A stretch of 24,000 nt of DNA from Methanocaldococcus infernus ME (GCF_000092305.1 NC_014122.1:1141390-1165389), one strand, 5' to 3'. Positions 1 through 14,510 are shown, numbered from the stretch's first letter. Notes: generated from the sequence alone by a model not told the origin. Made by a program: numbers and translations.

Positions 1-700
1 TTAAAAATTTCAATCTCTCTTTTAAGGCATCATCTAACAACTTTAAAGCTTTTTTAAACTCTTCTAGCAACTCAACTCTTATGGGAATCATTCTAACCTT
101 AGCTACATAGGGTTTAACATCTTCATCACTCTCATCTCTAAACTCAATCCTCTTTATTCCTAAGTTTTCACAGATCTCCATAACCTTATCTACATCATGC
201 CCAGGAGATGCTGTTAAGGCTAAGATATGACATTTATCTTTAAAGCTCTTAGCAACAAAGGCATAGGCATGGTTTCCAACTGTATGATGAGCCTCATCAG
301 CTATTAGTAGGATGAAATCATCTACTTTTAACCTCCCTGATAAGATGTCATTTTCAATCACTTGAGGAGTGGCTATAAAGATTTTCCCCTCTCTATAAAT
401 CTTTTCTCTCTTTGCTGGAGGAATTTTTCCAGTTATTGCCACAATTCCATCAATATTTAAGATATCTTTAAAAGTTCTGTAATGTTGCTCAACTAAAGGC
501 CTTGTTGGAGCAATAATTAAAACTTTTCCATCTTTTTTAGTTAGTAACCCAGCTATCACTAAGGCAGCTATTGCAGTCTTCCCTAAACCTGTTGGTAAAA
601 CCACTAATGTATTATCCTTTAATGCACTTGCAGCTATTAACTGTTGGTAAATTCTTGCCTCTAACTTATTTGGCTTTATAAATTTATGCTCAACATACAT
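1..700 (-). CDS. hef: Hef/FANCM-like SF2 DEAH helicase, N-terminal part (3' end lies beyond the window)
   Basis: Not in the ORF track because it runs off the left edge. The minus frame is open from ATG (700-698) to position 1: MYVEHKFIKPNKLEARIYQQLIAA..VLPTGLGKT (motif I)..LLIADEAHH (DEAH, motif II)..LALTASPG (motif III). Confidence 0.75.
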   Translation of the reverse strand, partial: MYVEHKFIKPNKLEARIYQQLIAASALKDNTLVVLPTGLGKTAIAALVIAGLLTKKDGKVLIIAPTRPLVEQHYRTFKDILNIDGIVAITGKIPPAKREKIYREGKIFIATPQVIENDILSGRLKVDDFILLIADEAHHTVGNHAYAFVAKSFKDKCHILALTASPGHDVDKVMEICENLGIKRIEFRDESDEDVKPYVAKVRMIPIRVELLEEFKKALKLLDDALKERLKFL

Positions 701-766
701 AGGAACCACAATTATAAATAAATCCAAATTTTAAACTAATATTATTTAGTGTTGTGAGGTGAGGCT

Positions 767-2074
767 ATGAAAGAGTTAATAGAGAAGTATTTTGAGTTTG
801 ATAAATATAATACTGATTTTAAAACTGAGATCTTAGCAGGCTTAACTACCTTTATGACAATGGCTTATATCATCTTTGTCAATCCTCAAATTCTCAGCCA
901 GGCAGGGATGGACTTTGGAGCTGTTATGGTAGCTACTTGCTTAGCTTCAGCTATAGCCACTTTAATCATGGGTTTATATGCAAAATATCCCTTTGCCTTA
1001 GCTCCAGGGATGGGGTTGAATGCTTACTTCACCTATGGAGTCTGCTTAGGGATGGGAATAGACTGGAGAGTTGCCTTAGGAGCAGTGTTTATTTCAGGAG
1101 TTCTCTTTGTTATATTAACCTTAACCAAAGTAAGGAGTTGGATCTTCAATGCCATCCCAAATGCTATAAAGTATGGAACAGCTGCAGGGATTGGTTTATT
1201 TATAGCTTTCATTGGACTAAAAAATGCTGGAATTATTGTTAGTAGTAAAGCTACTTATGTAACCTTAGGGAACTTATTAGAGCCTTATCCTCTGTTAGCC
1301 ATGTTTGGGATCTTCTTAACTTCTATCTTGGTTAGTAGAAATGTTATAGGTGGAATTCTCTTAGGAATTATTATAACTTCTCTCATAGGAATGCTCTTAG
1401 GAATCTCTCCATTCCCTTCAGGAATCATCTCTATGCCACCATCAATAGAGCCAACATTTTTAAAGCTTGACATATTAGGGGCTTTAAACCTTGGACTTCT
1501 CACTATAGTTATGGCCTTCTTCTTTGTTGACCTCTTTGACACCCTCGGAACACTTAGCGCTCTCGCTTCCCAAGCTGGATATCTAAAAGATGGAAAACTG
1601 CCAAGATTGGAAAAGGCTCTGATGGCTGATTCCACTGGAACAGTTATAGGCTCACTGTTGGGAACTTCAACAGTTACAACCTATATAGAGTCTGCAAGTG
1701 GTATAGCCCTTGGAGGGAGAACTGGCTTAGTGGCTGTTGTTGTCTCTATACTATTTTTATTAGCCCTCTTCTTCTATCCTGTAGTTAAAGCCATTCCTCC
1801 CTATGCCACAGCTTCAGCCCTTGTTATAGTTGGAGCCTTAATGATGAAAGCTATTAAGGTTATAGATTGGGATGACTACACTGAAGCTATTCCTGCATTT
1901 ATCACTTTATTGACAATTCCTCTAACTTTCAGTATAGCTACTGGTTTAGCTCTTGGTTTTATAACCTATCCAATCTTAAAAGTAGCCACTGGTAGATGGA
2001 GAGAGGTTCACTGGCTTGTTTATCTCTTAGCCATCATCTTTGCCCTTAGATTTATCTATCTTGGGAATTCATAA
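767..2074 (+). CDS. Adenine/guanine/hypoxanthine permease, NCS2/AzgA family
   Basis: 435-aa multi-TM ORF. TEILAGLTTFMTMAYIIFVNPQILSQAGMD and ALAPGMGLNAYFTY match the AzgA-type purine permease family. SD-like GAGGTGAGG lies just upstream of the ATG. Confidence 0.88.
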   Translation: MKELIEKYFEFDKYNTDFKTEILAGLTTFMTMAYIIFVNPQILSQAGMDFGAVMVATCLASAIATLIMGLYAKYPFALAPGMGLNAYFTYGVCLGMGIDWRVALGAVFISGVLFVILTLTKVRSWIFNAIPNAIKYGTAAGIGLFIAFIGLKNAGIIVSSKATYVTLGNLLEPYPLLAMFGIFLTSILVSRNVIGGILLGIIITSLIGMLLGISPFPSGIISMPPSIEPTFLKLDILGALNLGLLTIVMAFFFVDLFDTLGTLSALASQAGYLKDGKLPRLEKALMADSTGTVIGSLLGTSTVTTYIESASGIALGGRTGLVAVVVSILFLLALFFYPVVKAIPPYATASALVIVGALMMKAIKVIDWDDYTEAIPAFITLLTIPLTFSIATGLALGFITYPILKVATGRWREVHWLVYLLAIIFALRFIYLGNS

Positions 2075-2104
2075 AACTTTTTTATTTTTATTAAGAGGGT
2101 TAAG

Positions 2105-2485
2105 ATGGAGATGCTTAAACCACTACCACCAACATTAAGGGAAAAAAAGAGATACTTAGCAATAAAAATTTTATATGAAGATGAGATAAGTGAAGGGGAA
2201 TTTATAAGATTGTTAAGAGATGCTTCTCTAAAGTTTATTGGCTATTGGGGAACAGCTAAAGCCAACCCTTGGCTTGTTTATTATAACTACCCTTATGCCA
2301 TAGTTAGATGTCAAAGGGATCATGTTGATTTTGTTAAATCCTCTCTAATCTTAGTTAGAGAATTTAAAGATAAGCCTATAAATATTATATGCCTTGGAGT
2401 TTCTGGGACTATAAGGAAGGCTAAGATTAAATTTTTAGGGATTAAGCCAAAAAGATGGTTCTTAGTTAAGAGGGAGAAAAAATGA
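2105..2485 (+). CDS. rnp2: RNase P protein component 2 (Pop5 homologue)
   Basis: 126 aa. The N-terminal LPPTLREKKRYLAIKI is the hallmark opening of archaeal Pop5/Rnp2. The stop overlaps the selB start (ATGA at 2482-2485). Confidence 0.8.
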   Translation: MEMLKPLPPTLREKKRYLAIKILYEDEISEGEFIRLLRDASLKFIGYWGTAKANPWLVYYNYPYAIVRCQRDHVDFVKSSLILVREFKDKPINIICLGVSGTIRKAKIKFLGIKPKRWFLVKREKK

Positions 2486-3858
2486 ATGTTAATATTGGAT
2501 TGTTTGGGCATATAGACCATGGAAAAACAGAGCTTGCTAAGAGGTTAACTGAAATCCCTTCAACCTCAGCCTTGGATAAGCCAAAGGAGTCTAAGCTTAG
2601 AGGAATTACTGTAGACCTTGGCTTCTCCTCTTTTAAGTTAGATAAATATAATGTAACCCTTGTAGATGCTCCAGGACATGCAGAGCTTATAAGAACTGCT
2701 ATAGGTGCTGGGAGTATAATAGATATGGCTATCTTAGTTGTAGATGCTAAAGAGGGGCCTAAGACACAGACAGGAGAGCATTTGTTAGTCCTTGATCTTT
2801 TAAAGATTCCTACCATTGTAGCCATAAATAAGATAGATATTGCCACAGAGGAAGAGATTAAGAGGACAAGGACTTTAATGGAGCAAATATTAAAATCAAC
2901 AAAGAATTTAAAGAACTCTAAAATAGTTTTAATCTCAGCTAAGACAGGAGAAGGGATAGAGAAGTTGAAGGAAGAGATTAAAAATCTCTTGGATAGTTTA
3001 GAGATAAAGAGGGATGTAAATAGCTTCTTCAAGATGCCTATTGATCATGCATTTAAAATTAAAGGGGTTGGCACTGTAGTCACTGGAACCATTCACAAAG
3101 GTAGAGTTAGGGTTGGAGACTCTCTTAAAATCTTACCAATAAACTATGAGGTTAAGGTTAAATCTATCCAATGCTTTAAGAAGAGTGTTGATAAAGCTGA
3201 AGCTGGAGATAGGGTAGGGATGAACATTATAGGGGTTGAGCCAGAGAACATTTTTAGAGGCTGTATCTTAACATCAAAGGATAGTAAGTTAAGAGTAACT
3301 GACCAATTTGTTGCAAAAATTAGGGTAGTTGATCTCTTCAAATATAACTTAGCTCCAAAAATGAAGGTTCACTTACACATGAACCTCTTAACAGTTACAG
3401 CTACTATAATCCCTTTTACTCACTATAAAGGACACTCTATAGTATTAAAAGAGGTTAAAGCTGGCTCTTCTTGTTACTGCTTAATAAAGCTTGATGAAAA
3501 GATTGTTGTTGAGGAGAAGGATAAAATACTGATCCTTAGACTTGATCTCCCTCCAACAACCTTAAGGATAGCTGGCTTTGGAGAGGTTTTAAGCTTTGAC
3601 ATTCCAGAGTTAAAGAAACTTGTTATTAAAGAGGGAAGAGTTGTTAAAAAGAAGGGTAGAATGGTTGTAGAGGGCTTGGCTCAAAGTAAAGCTTCAGCTG
3701 AGAGGTTAGTAGGGGAGAAAGTTTATATTCCAAGTAAAAATATAGAAGGGAAAATTATTGATACCTTTGGAACTAAGGGAAATCTGTTAGTGGAATTTAA
3801 TGGAGAGGTTGAGCATGGAGACAAGGTTATCTTAGAGAGGATTAGAAGCTGGGGATAA
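2482..3858 (+). CDS. selB: Selenocysteine-specific translation elongation factor SelB (archaeal type)
   Basis: 458 aa. Translational GTPase motifs GHIDHGKT, DAPGH and NKID are present. The N-terminal region STSALDKPKESKLRGITVDLGF and the overall length fit archaeal SelB rather than EF1A or IF2-gamma. Confidence 0.82.
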   Translation: MNVNIGLFGHIDHGKTELAKRLTEIPSTSALDKPKESKLRGITVDLGFSSFKLDKYNVTLVDAPGHAELIRTAIGAGSIIDMAILVVDAKEGPKTQTGEHLLVLDLLKIPTIVAINKIDIATEEEIKRTRTLMEQILKSTKNLKNSKIVLISAKTGEGIEKLKEEIKNLLDSLEIKRDVNSFFKMPIDHAFKIKGVGTVVTGTIHKGRVRVGDSLKILPINYEVKVKSIQCFKKSVDKAEAGDRVGMNIIGVEPENIFRGCILTSKDSKLRVTDQFVAKIRVVDLFKYNLAPKMKVHLHMNLLTVTATIIPFTHYKGHSIVLKEVKAGSSCYCLIKLDEKIVVEEKDKILILRLDLPPTTLRIAGFGEVLSFDIPELKKLVIKEGRVVKKKGRMVVEGLAQSKASAERLVGEKVYIPSKNIEGKIIDTFGTKGNLLVEFNGEVEHGDKVILERIRSWG

Positions 3859-4651
3859 CTGAAGAAATTAAAAAAATAAGTACTATTACAAGCATAACCT
3901 TCTTAATGTCAGAGGAAACTTCCCTATTTTTCAAAGCTTTATAGCAAAGGTAGAGTAGGAGAAGATCACAAACTAAAACTCCAAGTAAATAAAACTTTCC
4001 AAAAATTTTTAATATGTAAGGGAGGGGGCTTAGAATAATAGCCAACAAAATTAAAAAAGTGGCTATATAGAGAGCTTTTTTATTAATTAAGATTGGTAGA
4101 GAGACAACATTCTCTTTTTTATCTCCTTCAATATCTTCATAGTCTTTAATTATCTCCCTTCCCCAAGTGGCTAAGAAGGAACAGAGGAAGAGGATGAAAG
4201 AGGGATAGAAGTTTTTCCCAGCCACAGCTCCAAATAGGAAGGTTGAGCCAGTTAAGTAACTTACTATAACATTTCCAATAGGCTTAAATCTCTTAAAGAA
4301 TCTTGCATACAAAAAGAGGAGAAGAGAATTGATAAAAGCTATTAAAAAAGCTAAAAAATTTATGAAGATAGAGAGAAGTAAGCCAACAGCTAAGAAAGAG
4401 ATGGCTAAAATTTTAGCCTCTTTTAAACTAACTTTCCCTGAAGGTAGGGGACGATGAGGTTTATTGATCTTATCTATCTCTATGTCATAGATATCATTAA
4501 TAATATTCCCAAATCCACAAATGAAAAAGATAACAAGGAAAATTAATAAAGCTATTGTAGGAGAGGAGCCTTTTGAAATAATATAACCAACAATTCCACT
4601 AATTCCAGCTAAGACACAATTTTTAAATCTTATTAGCTCTAAGTAATGCAT
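3842..4651 (-). CDS. UbiA-family prenyltransferase, digeranylgeranylglyceryl phosphate synthase type
   Basis: 269-aa polytopic membrane ORF with two Asp-rich motifs, NDIYDIEIDKINKPHRPLPSG and KDYEDIEGD. Size and N-terminus (YLELIRFKNC) fit archaeal lipid DGGGP synthase. Confidence 0.75.
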   Translation of the reverse strand: MHYLELIRFKNCVLAGISGIVGYIISKGSSPTIALLIFLVIFFICGFGNIINDIYDIEIDKINKPHRPLPSGKVSLKEAKILAISFLAVGLLLSIFINFLAFLIAFINSLLLFLYARFFKRFKPIGNVIVSYLTGSTFLFGAVAGKNFYPSFILFLCSFLATWGREIIKDYEDIEGDKKENVVSLPILINKKALYIATFLILLAIILSPLPYILKIFGKFYLLGVLVCDLLLLYLCYKALKNREVSSDIKKVMLVIVLIFLISSVIPSF

Positions 4652-5084
4652 TTCTTTCCCTCTCTAAGATTTTGATCTTCTCCTCAACTCCATACTTGTA
4701 ACCTCCAACTCCATCCTTGGCTATGACCCTATGACAGGGAATAATTAAAGGGAGGGGATTTTTATTTAAAGCCCTTCCTACAGCCCTTGGAGAGCTCTTT
4801 AATTTCTCAGCAAGTTCTCCATAAGTAATGGTTTCTCCAAAGGGAATTTTACAAACCTCTTTTAAAACTCTTTTTGTGAAATCAGAGGTTAAGAGCTTAA
4901 ACCTTATTCTCTTCCTTGCCTCTTTGTCAGAGAGTTCTGCAAGGTAAAGTTTTAAGATAATTTTAGCTATCTCTTCTCCATCTTCAGAATAGCCTTCCAA
5001 CTTACACTTTAAAGGAATTGTGTTTTCAACAAGATAACCATCTTTAAATATTAAGCCAATGTAGTAATTATTTATCTTTATCAT
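4623..5084 (-). CDS. ogt: Methylated-DNA--protein-cysteine methyltransferase
   Basis: 153 aa with the active-site motif IIPCHRVI plus TYGELA and NPLPLIIP. The stop region overlaps the downstream prenyltransferase start by 29 nt. Confidence 0.9.
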   Translation of the reverse strand: MIKINNYYIGLIFKDGYLVENTIPLKCKLEGYSEDGEEIAKIILKLYLAELSDKEARKRIRFKLLTSDFTKRVLKEVCKIPFGETITYGELAEKLKSSPRAVGRALNKNPLPLIIPCHRVIAKDGVGGYKYGVEEKIKILERERNALLRANKI

Positions 5085-5086
5085 AA

Positions 5087-7114
<2,028 letters not shown>

Positions 7115-7116
<2 letters not shown>

Positions 7117-7122
7117 ATAAAT
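7115..7122 (+). promoter_or_regulatory. Candidate TATA box (ATATAAAT) for the MinD-like gene
   Basis: The A/T octamer overlaps the CooC-like start codon. A TSS ~26 nt downstream (~7145) would leave a ~19-nt leader carrying AGGTGA before the ATG at 7164. Confidence 0.35.
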
Positions 7123-7136
7123 TCACATCCCTTAAA

Positions 7137-7144
7137 TTTTATAG
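7137..7144 (-). promoter_or_regulatory. Candidate TATA box (CTATAAAA on minus strand) for the CooC-like gene
   Basis: It is centred ~25 nt upstream of the CooC-like ATG (7116), implying a leaderless or near-leaderless mRNA. Confidence 0.35.
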
Positions 7145-7163
7145 AAAATCAAAGGTGAAGAAA

Positions 7164-7931
7164 ATGAGTTTAAAAGTAGGGTTCTTCAACTTACAAGGTG
7201 GAACAGGAAAGACAACAGTGGCAGCAAACTTTGCCTATGTGTTAAGTGAATTTACAAAAACCTTACTTATAGATTGTGATGTCTACTGTGGAACCATAGG
7301 TTTAATCTTTGGCTTAGAAGATAAAGAGCATAACTTAAACACCTACTTAAATGGAGAGTCTACAAGTGAAGAGATTATCTATAGTTATGATGAGCTTGAT
7401 GTAATACATGCTGATGTAACCTCTAAGGCCTTTGGGTATAAGGTAGATATTGATAGATTCTCAGAGTTAATAAGTGAGATTTCAGATAGATATGACATAA
7501 TAGTTATAGATTTCCCTCCAAATATAACTGAGGGTAGTTTAGTTTTTAACTATATTGGAGAAGAGGATTTAATAAACAAAATGATTATTGTTGGAGAAGA
7601 TAGTATTCCAGGAATAATTAATTCTCTGAAGAGTATAGACTTGGCCAATGACTTTAGTATAGAAACTGCTGGAATTGTCATAAATAAATTTAAGAATGTA
7701 TCTGACTTAACAGAGATTGCTGATGATCTCTTAGCAGTACTACCATATAGTGAAGAAGTGGAGAGGCAGTGGGTAGAGAGTGCTCCAATAGTTAAGTTGA
7801 ATAGAAGAAATAAATTCTCAAAAAGTATGATAGACTTTACTCATACTATATCAAAAGAGCTATTGGAGAAAGACTTAACTACCTTAAGAGCCATAAGGTT
7901 GGCAAAAGAGATAGGAATGAGGGAGGAGTAA
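7164..7931 (+). CDS. MinD/ParA-superfamily ATPase with atypical Walker A
   Basis: The ORF track starts at GTG 7155, but ATG 7164 sits 5 nt after AGGTGA (7153-7158). The P-loop is NLQGGTGKTT, with Walker B IIVIDFPP. The stop abuts the hisF ATG. Confidence 0.7.
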   Translation: MSLKVGFFNLQGGTGKTTVAANFAYVLSEFTKTLLIDCDVYCGTIGLIFGLEDKEHNLNTYLNGESTSEEIIYSYDELDVIHADVTSKAFGYKVDIDRFSELISEISDRYDIIVIDFPPNITEGSLVFNYIGEEDLINKMIIVGEDSIPGIINSLKSIDLANDFSIETAGIVINKFKNVSDLTEIADDLLAVLPYSEEVERQWVESAPIVKLNRRNKFSKSMIDFTHTISKELLEKDLTTLRAIRLAKEIGMREE

Positions 7932-8726
7932 ATGTTGGCTAAGAGAATAATCCCATGCTTAGACATTAAAAATGGGAGGGTTGTGAAGGGTACAAGATTT
8001 TTAAATCTAAGGGATGCTGGAGACCCTGTAGAGTTAGCTGAGTACTATGACAATGAAGGAGCTGATGAATTAGTTTTTTTAGACATTACAGCATCAGCTG
8101 AGAAGAGGAAGATAATTATAGATGTTGTTGAGAAAACTGCTGAAAAAGTTTTTATTCCTCTAACTGTTGGTGGAGGGGTTAAAGAGATTGAAGACTTTAG
8201 AGCCCTACTAAATGCTGGGGCTGATAAAGTATCAGTGAACACTGCAGCAGTGAAAAACCCTAACCTTATTAGAGAAGCAAGTGAAATCTTTGGTAGTCAG
8301 TGTGTTGTTGTGGCAATAGATGCTAAAAGAAACTATAATAGAGAGGAAGGGAAAAACTTGGTTAAGGTTGAAGATGGATATTGCTGGTTTGAAGTCTATA
8401 TCTATGGAGGGAAGAAGGGGACAGGAATAGATGCTATAGATTGGGCTAAAAGGGTTGAAGAGTTAGGGGCTGGAGAGATACTATTAACAAGTATAGACAA
8501 GGATGGAACAAGAGAAGGTTATGATCTCTACTTAACAGAGGCTATTTCAAAAGCTGTTAATATCCCAGTTATAGCCTCTGGTGGAGCTGGAAAGCCAGAG
8601 CATGTATATGAAGCTCTTAAAATAACTGAAGCTGCTTTAATGGCTGGAATCTTACATTATGGAGAGTATACAATAGAGGAGATAAAAAGATATTGTAAAG
8701 AGAGAGGAATTCCTATAAGACTTTAA
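7932..8726 (+). CDS. hisF: Imidazole glycerol phosphate synthase, cyclase subunit
   Basis: 264 aa. [49 protein letters not shown] is a full HisF (beta-alpha)8 signature. Confidence 0.95.
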   Translation: MLAKRIIPCLDIKNGRVVKGTRFLNLRDAGDPVELAEYYDNEGADELVFLDITASAEKRKIIIDVVEKTAEKVFIPLTVGGGVKEIEDFRALLNAGADKVSVNTAAVKNPNLIREASEIFGSQCVVVAIDAKRNYNREEGKNLVKVEDGYCWFEVYIYGGKKGTGIDAIDWAKRVEELGAGEILLTSIDKDGTREGYDLYLTEAISKAVNIPVIASGGAGKPEHVYEALKITEAALMAGILHYGEYTIEEIKRYCKERGIPIRL

Positions 8727-8730
8727 ATTA

Positions 8731-8741
8731 TTTTTATTTTT
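8731..8741 (+). terminator. Oligo-T tract after hisF (TTTTTATTTTT)
   Basis: Two T5 runs begin 5 nt after the hisF stop. Archaeal RNAP terminates at oligo-T. Confidence 0.45.
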
Positions 8742-8781
8742 CTATTTTAATTTAAATATTTAAATTTATAGATATAATTAT

Positions 8782-8793
8782 AAAAAATAAAAA
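8782..8793 (-). terminator. Oligo-T tract after RNase P RNA (TTTTTATTTTTT on minus strand)
   Basis: T5 and T6 runs lie within 15 nt of the predicted 3' end of the RNase P RNA P1 helix. Confidence 0.5.
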
Positions 8794-8796
8794 TAT

Positions 8797-9069
8797 GGAG
8801 TAAGAGGGCTATAGCCCGCCTTCTGTAATTTCGGTGGCATTCGGCTAAGCGCCTTTTCGGCTTGCACCCCTCAGGGGCTGGAGGAGAGCCCGTTTCACCG
8901 GTTCCCTGGAAGTCCTCAACTTTTTCTATCATTGTCATCTCTTCCAGGGCCGTGTCGTTTCTGTTGCTCTTCTCCCTCCCTCTCGGGAGTTGCCCCTTCA
9001 TCTCTTTATGGGGTGGGCGGAACTTCCTCCCTCCTAAGTTGGAGGGACAGCCACCAGCCCTCTTACTCC
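8797..9069 (-). ncRNA. rnpB: RNase P RNA (archaeal, Methanococcales-like)
   Basis: The minus-strand RNA has a P1 helix of GGAGUAAGAGGGCU (5') pairing with AGCCCUCUUACUCC (3'). It carries a CR-I-like GGAGGGAGGAAGUUCCGCCCAC, ACCGGUGAAACGGG, and a CR-V-like GCUUAGCCGAAUGCCACCGAAAUUACAGAAGGCGGGCUAUAG. It is GC-rich in AT-rich surroundings and closely resembles my recollection of the M. jannaschii RNase P RNA. Confidence 0.85.
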
Positions 9070-9083
9070 ATAAGATAAGGTTT

Positions 9084-9089
9084 AAAAAA
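9084..9089 (-). terminator. T6 run between 5S rRNA and RNase P RNA
   Basis: The minus strand reads ..GGCCAC-UAUUUUUUAAACC.. immediately after 5S. This is a potential terminator or pause only 14 nt before the RNase P RNA 5' end. Confidence 0.35.
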
Positions 9090-9091
9090 TA

Positions 9092-9211
9092 GTGGCCGGC
9101 GGCGTCGCCCCTTTCCCGCCAGAAGGCAGTACTCGGGGCATCGCTGGGGGGCTTAACTTCCGAGTTCGGAATGGGATCGGGTGTAGCCCCCCCGCTATGG
9201 CCGCCGTACCA
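9092..9211 (-). rRNA. rrf: 5S rRNA
   Basis: The minus strand reads UGGUACGGCGGCCAUAGCGGGGGGGCUACACCCGAUCCCAUUCCGAACUCGGAAGUUAAGCCCCC..GACGCCGCCGGCCAC. This is a typical archaeal 5S with a helix I terminal pairing. Confidence 0.9.
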
Positions 9212-9244
9212 GATGGCTAAATTATTGGAAAGCAAAAAAATGGT

Positions 9245-9270
9245 GGGCCGCGCATAGGCCCCAAGCCCTT

Positions 9271-9276
<6 letters not shown>
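9245..9276 (-). other. 23S 3'-flank arm of the processing stem including the BHB bulge (UAA at 9270-9272)
   Basis: 9245-9268 is the perfect reverse complement of 12290-12313 (24 bp). Next come a 3-nt bulge and a 4-bp helix (CACU/GGUG). Confidence 0.75.
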
Positions 9277-12277
<3,001 letters not shown>

Positions 12278-12283
<6 letters not shown>

Positions 12284-12313
12284 TCACCAGGGCTTGGGGC
12301 CTATGCGCGGCCC
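12278..12313 (-). other. 23S 5'-flank arm of the processing stem including the BHB bulge (AAA at 12282-12284)
   Basis: Reverse complement of 9245-9276 apart from the two opposed 3-nt bulges. Confidence 0.75.
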
Positions 12314-12373
12314 TCATGTTTTTATCGGGCCTCAGCCCACAACCCCTTTAAGAGATTGTGGGCCTCATCTATT

Positions 12374-12385
12374 AAAAAATAAAAA
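12374..12385 (-). terminator. Oligo-T tract (CUUUUUAUUUUUU) directly after spacer tRNA-Ala
   Basis: T5 and T6 runs start 1 nt after the tRNA-Ala 3' end, inside the 16S-23S spacer. Whether it functions as a terminator or a read-through pause is unknown. Confidence 0.3.
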
Positions 12386-12386
12386 G

Positions 12387-12459
12387 TGGACCCGGTGGGA
12401 TTTGAACCCACGGCCTCCGGCTTGCAAGGCCGGCGCTCTCCCAGCTGAGCTACGGGCCC
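12387..12459 (-). tRNA. tRNA-Ala (anticodon UGC) in the 16S-23S spacer
   Basis: GGGCCCGUAGCUCAGCUGGGAGAGCGCCGGCCUUGCAAGCCGGAGGCCGUGGGUUCAAAUCCCACCGGGUCCA. It folds as a cloverleaf with anticodon loop CUUGCAA, and CCA is not encoded. Confidence 0.95.
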
Positions 12460-12470
12460 ACTTGGCTTAT

Positions 12471-12515
12471 GAGGCAAGCCCACGGCTGGTTAGGGTACCC
12501 CTTTGCAGTAGGAGG
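12471..12515 (-). other. 16S 3'-flank arm of the processing stem including the BHB bulge (UAA at 12490-12492)
   Basis: 12498-12515 is the reverse complement of 14053-14070 (18 bp). 12471-12489 is the reverse complement of 14079-14097 (19 bp). A central GGGU/ACCC helix lies between opposed bulges. Confidence 0.8.
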
Positions 12516-12526
12516 TTTATTTTCTC

Positions 12527-14009
<1,483 letters not shown>

Positions 14010-14024
14010 TAAATGGAGTACGGT

Positions 14025-14052
14025 CGCAAGAAAGGATAAAACCTTTCTTGCG
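14025..14052 (-). other. Perfect 11-bp hairpin in the 16S 5' leader
   Basis: CGCAAGAAAGG-AUAAAA-CCUUUCUUGCG (either strand), located between the BHB stem and the mature 16S 5' end. Confidence 0.6.
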
Positions 14053-14097
14053 CCTCCTACTGCAAAGGGGTTTTACCCCCAGCCGTGGGCTTGCCTC
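14053..14097 (-). other. 16S 5'-flank arm of the processing stem including the BHB bulge (AAA around 14071-14074)
   Basis: Reverse complement of 12471-12515 except for the bulges. Confidence 0.8.
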
Positions 14098-14193
14098 AGT
14101 CCCGACCCTCCCGGATCGGGAACGCATTTCATTTGCACCCTATAGGGGAGGGGAGATAATTGTAATGTTTTTAGGTTTAGAACAATTTATGAG

Positions 14194-14207
14194 AAAAAAA
14201 TAAAAAA
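14194..14207 (-). terminator. Oligo-T tract (UUAUUUUUUAUUUUUUU) after tRNA-His
   Basis: T6 and T7 runs lie immediately downstream of the last tRNA of the cluster and upstream of the 16S leader. Confidence 0.4.
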
Positions 14208-14211
14208 TAAG

Positions 14212-14284
14212 GGCCGGGACCGGGAATTGAACCCGGGTCAGGGGATCCACAGTCCCCCAGGATGGCCACTACCCCACCCCGGCC
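14212..14284 (-). tRNA. tRNA-His (anticodon GUG) with encoded G-1
   Basis: G-GCCGGGGUGGGGUAGUGGCCAUCCUGGGGGACUGUGGAUCCCCUGACCCGGGUUCAAUUCCCGGUCCCGGCC. The anticodon loop is CUGUGGA, and the extra 5' G sits opposite discriminator C, as expected for tRNA-His. Confidence 0.92.
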
Positions 14285-14291
14285 ACAACAA

Positions 14292-14379
14292 TGGTGCAGG
14301 GGAGGGGATTTGAACCCCCGAACCCCTACGGGACCGGGTCCTAGGCCCGGCGCCTTTGGCCAGGCTTGGCGACCCCTGC
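14292..14379 (-). tRNA. tRNA-Leu (anticodon UAG), class II, CCA encoded
   Basis: GCAGGGGUCGCCAAGCCUGGCCAAAGGCGCCGGGCCUAGGACCCGGUCCCGUAGGGGUUCGGGGGUUCAAAUCCCCUCCCCUGCACCA. It has a long variable arm and anticodon loop CCUAGGA. Confidence 0.93.
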
Positions 14380-14428
14380 TCTCTAATTGATTTAATTCTT
14401 TAAATCTAATTAAATAGGAAAAAATTAG

Positions 14429-14503
14429 TGCTCCGGCCGGGATTTGAACCCGGGTCGCGGGCTCGAAAGGCCCGCATGATTGGCCGGACTACACCACCGG
14501 AGC
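14429..14503 (-). tRNA. tRNA-Glu (anticodon UUC)
   Basis: GCUCCGGUGGUGUAGUCCGGCCAAUCAUGCGGGCCUUUCGAGCCCGCGACCCGGGUUCAAAUCCCGGCCGGAGCA, with anticodon loop CUUUCGA. Confidence 0.93.
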
Positions 14504-14510
14504 AAAGTAG

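Noticed and set aside
2466-3032. A 188-aa ORF antisense to selB, plus similar antisense or out-of-frame ORFs at 937-1242, 1285-1635, 2320-2520, 3144-3341, 5956-6234, 8045-8242, 15490-15732, 16387-16572, 17743-17949, 18281-18508, 18852-19082, 20243-20431, 20436-20708, 21126-21320, 22286-22522 and 23299-23502.
   Set aside because: Each lies inside a well-supported gene on the other strand or in another frame. They have low-complexity Ser/Leu/Ile/Phe-rich composition and no start context or motif.
7386-7413. A possible C/D-box sRNA (ATGATGA ... CTGA) inside the MinD-like gene. Similar ATGATGA strings occur at 285-291 and near 21965.
   Set aside because: The box spacing does not fit (17 nt to the first CTGA, and no C'/D' pair or terminal stem), and all copies lie in coding sequence where the strings are explained by codons.
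14138-14147. The palindrome CCCTATAGGG and nearby A/T patches (CTCATAAATTG, ACAATTATC on the minus strand) as the 16S promoter.
   Set aside because: None matches the TTTATATA consensus or has a BRE-like purine tract. The rRNA promoter is left unassigned rather than guessed.
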